From an uncultured Gammaproteobacteria bacterium (GTDB lineage Bacteria > Patescibacteriota > Patescibacteriia > SG8-24): a DNA stretch of 64,000 nt. Below, piece by piece: positions 62,969-64,000 of this stretch; the first letter of the stretch is position 1; the number at the start of each line of letters is the position of its first letter. The notes below the pieces were generated by a model. The model was not told the origin of the DNA, made no database searches, and saw only the letters and a list, made by a program, of their open reading frames with translations. Where the stretch lies: the NCBI GenBank assembly GCA_964407925.1, contig CAYOXM010000003.1:5023-69022 (forward strand). The letters run 5' to 3'. The position numbers and the translations under genes are program-made.

Positions 62969-64000
62969 TCAGGCGACCCTGACCGTCTTGACGTTCACGA
63001 ATTCCTTCTGCCCGTAGTGCGACAGCTCGCGGCCGAAACCGGACTTGCCGACGCCGCCGAACGGCAGCATCACGTCCGATTTCACCATCGAGTTCACGCC
63101 GACGAAACCGGCGTTCAGCTTCGCCGCGATCCGCTTGGCTCGGGCGACGTCGGCGGTCCAGACGGACGCGCCGAGGCCGAACTCGGTGTCGTTCGCGACG
63201 AACAGCGCTTCCGCCTCGTCCGCCACCTCGATGATCGCCGCGACCGGGCCGAACGTCTCCTCGTCGTAGGCCGGCATCCCCTTTTTCACGCCGGTAAGGA
63301 TGGTCGGCTCGTAGAACCAGCCCGGACCGTCGCCGCGCCTGCCGCCCGCGACGATCTTCGCGCCCTTGGCGACGGACTCGTCGACCTGCCGTTCGATGTC
63401 CTTGCGGCCGTTCTCGGTCGCGAGCGGGCCCATCGTCGTCTTCTCGTCGAGCGGGTCGCCCATGATAACGGTATCGAACCCCTCGCGGAGGAGAGCGACG
63501 AACCGGTCATGGACGGCGCGAACGACGACGAAGCGCTTCGCCGCTATGCAGCTCTGACCGGCGTTCTGGAGGCGCGCCTCGACGGCGACTTTCGCGCACG
63601 CTTCGAGATCGGCGTCCTCGAGCACGATGAACGGGTCGCTGCCGCCGAGCTCGAGCACGACCGGCTTGATCTCCTCGCCGCAGATGCGGGCGACGGACGC
63701 GCCGGCCTTTTCGCTGCCGGTGAGCGTCGCGGCCTTCACGCGCCTGTCGCGGAGCACGGCCTCGACGTCGGCCGCGGGAATCGCGAGATTCTGGAAGCAC
63801 CCGTTCGGGAACCCCGCGGAGCGGAACATTTCCTCGAGCGCGATGGCGCATCCCTGCACGTTGGACGCGTGCTTGAGCAGGCCGACGTTTCCCGCCATGA
63901 GCGCGGGCGCGGCGAAACGCATCACCTGCCAATACGCGAAATTCCACGGCATCACGGCGACGACGATGCCGAGCGGGTCGAAGCGGACGAACGCCTCGCT
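62969..64000 (-). CDS. NAD(P)-dependent aldehyde dehydrogenase (SSADH/GabD-like), 5' end beyond the window
   Basis: PWNFAYW, ELGGSDP and catalytic Cys (QSCIAAKRF) motifs. The ORF continues to the window edge. Confidence 0.85.
   Translation of the reverse strand, partial: SEAFVRFDPLGIVVAVMPWNFAYWQVMRFAAPALMAGNVGLLKHASNVQGCAIALEEMFRSAGFPNGCFQNLAIPAADVEAVLRDRRVKAATLTGSEKAGASVARICGEEIKPVVLELGGSDPFIVLEDADLEACAKVAVEARLQNAGQSCIAAKRFVVVRAVHDRFVALLREGFDTVIMGDPLDEKTTMGPLATENGRKDIERQVDESVAKGAKIVAGGRRGDGPGWFYEPTILTGVKKGMPAYDEETFGPVAAIIEVADEAEALFVANDTEFGLGASVWTADVARAKRIAAKLNAGFVGVNSMVKSDVMLPFGGVGKSGFGRELSHYGQKEFVNVKTVRVA

Overview
This 64-kb window is a high-GC (about 68%) bacterial chromosomal segment. 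It is dense with short genes, strong AGGAGG-type ribosome-binding sites and many hairpin-plus-T-run terminators. The gene content (DUF5671, TSP3-repeat surface proteins, many small hypotheticals) is reminiscent of CPR/Patescibacteria, but no lineage call is made. I support about 75 protein genes and two tRNAs: tRNA-Glu(CTC) and tRNA-Pro(CGG). I found no rRNA, no CRISPR array and no transposase or integrase. Recognisable blocks, in order: rarA, two membrane-anchored hypotheticals, ftsI/PBP2 and murF (minus strand); a lone class II HMG-CoA reductase; an M50 protease; a VKOR-thioredoxin-CcdA-TlpA thiol-disulfide cluster; a PQQ sugar dehydrogenase; IscU carrying an extra Cys/His insertion; HtrA; B12-dependent RNR (NrdJ) immediately followed by cob(I)alamin adenosyltransferase; a DEDDy exonuclease; a complete threonine operon (lysC-hom-asd-thrB-thrC) interrupted by two AIG2/GGCT-like paralogs and preceded by a poly-Thr leader peptide with terminator; the CCA enzyme; zur-znuACB followed by an ATP-cone/PD-(D/E)xK nuclease-fold protein; a large Cys-repeat surface protein; MarC; a secreted S1 protease; GNAT; RibA; a fatty-acid hydroxylase; a CYTH-AAA protein; and two tandem EEP-family secreted proteins. 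The most striking feature is a three-gene minus-strand operon at 57.7-60.2 kb: a 513-aa protein with a C-terminal UBC/E2-like HPH..C motif, a compact ThiF/E1-like adenylyltransferase, and a small beta-grasp ubiquitin-like protein. It has its own sigma70-like promoter and no recognisable JAB/DUB partner. Other findings worth follow-up: a recurring TTATCCACA (DnaA-box-like) palindrome family at four promoter-proximal sites; a 20-bp exact duplication of the tRNA-Pro 3' end bracketing a structured 176-bp segment; a roughly 330-bp highly structured intergenic region between nrdJ and cobO that I could not classify; and a recurring AGGTTGAGAG-type motif upstream of two genes. All calls are from manual reading of the sequence and ORF track, and coordinates of non-CDS features are approximate (within 2 nt).
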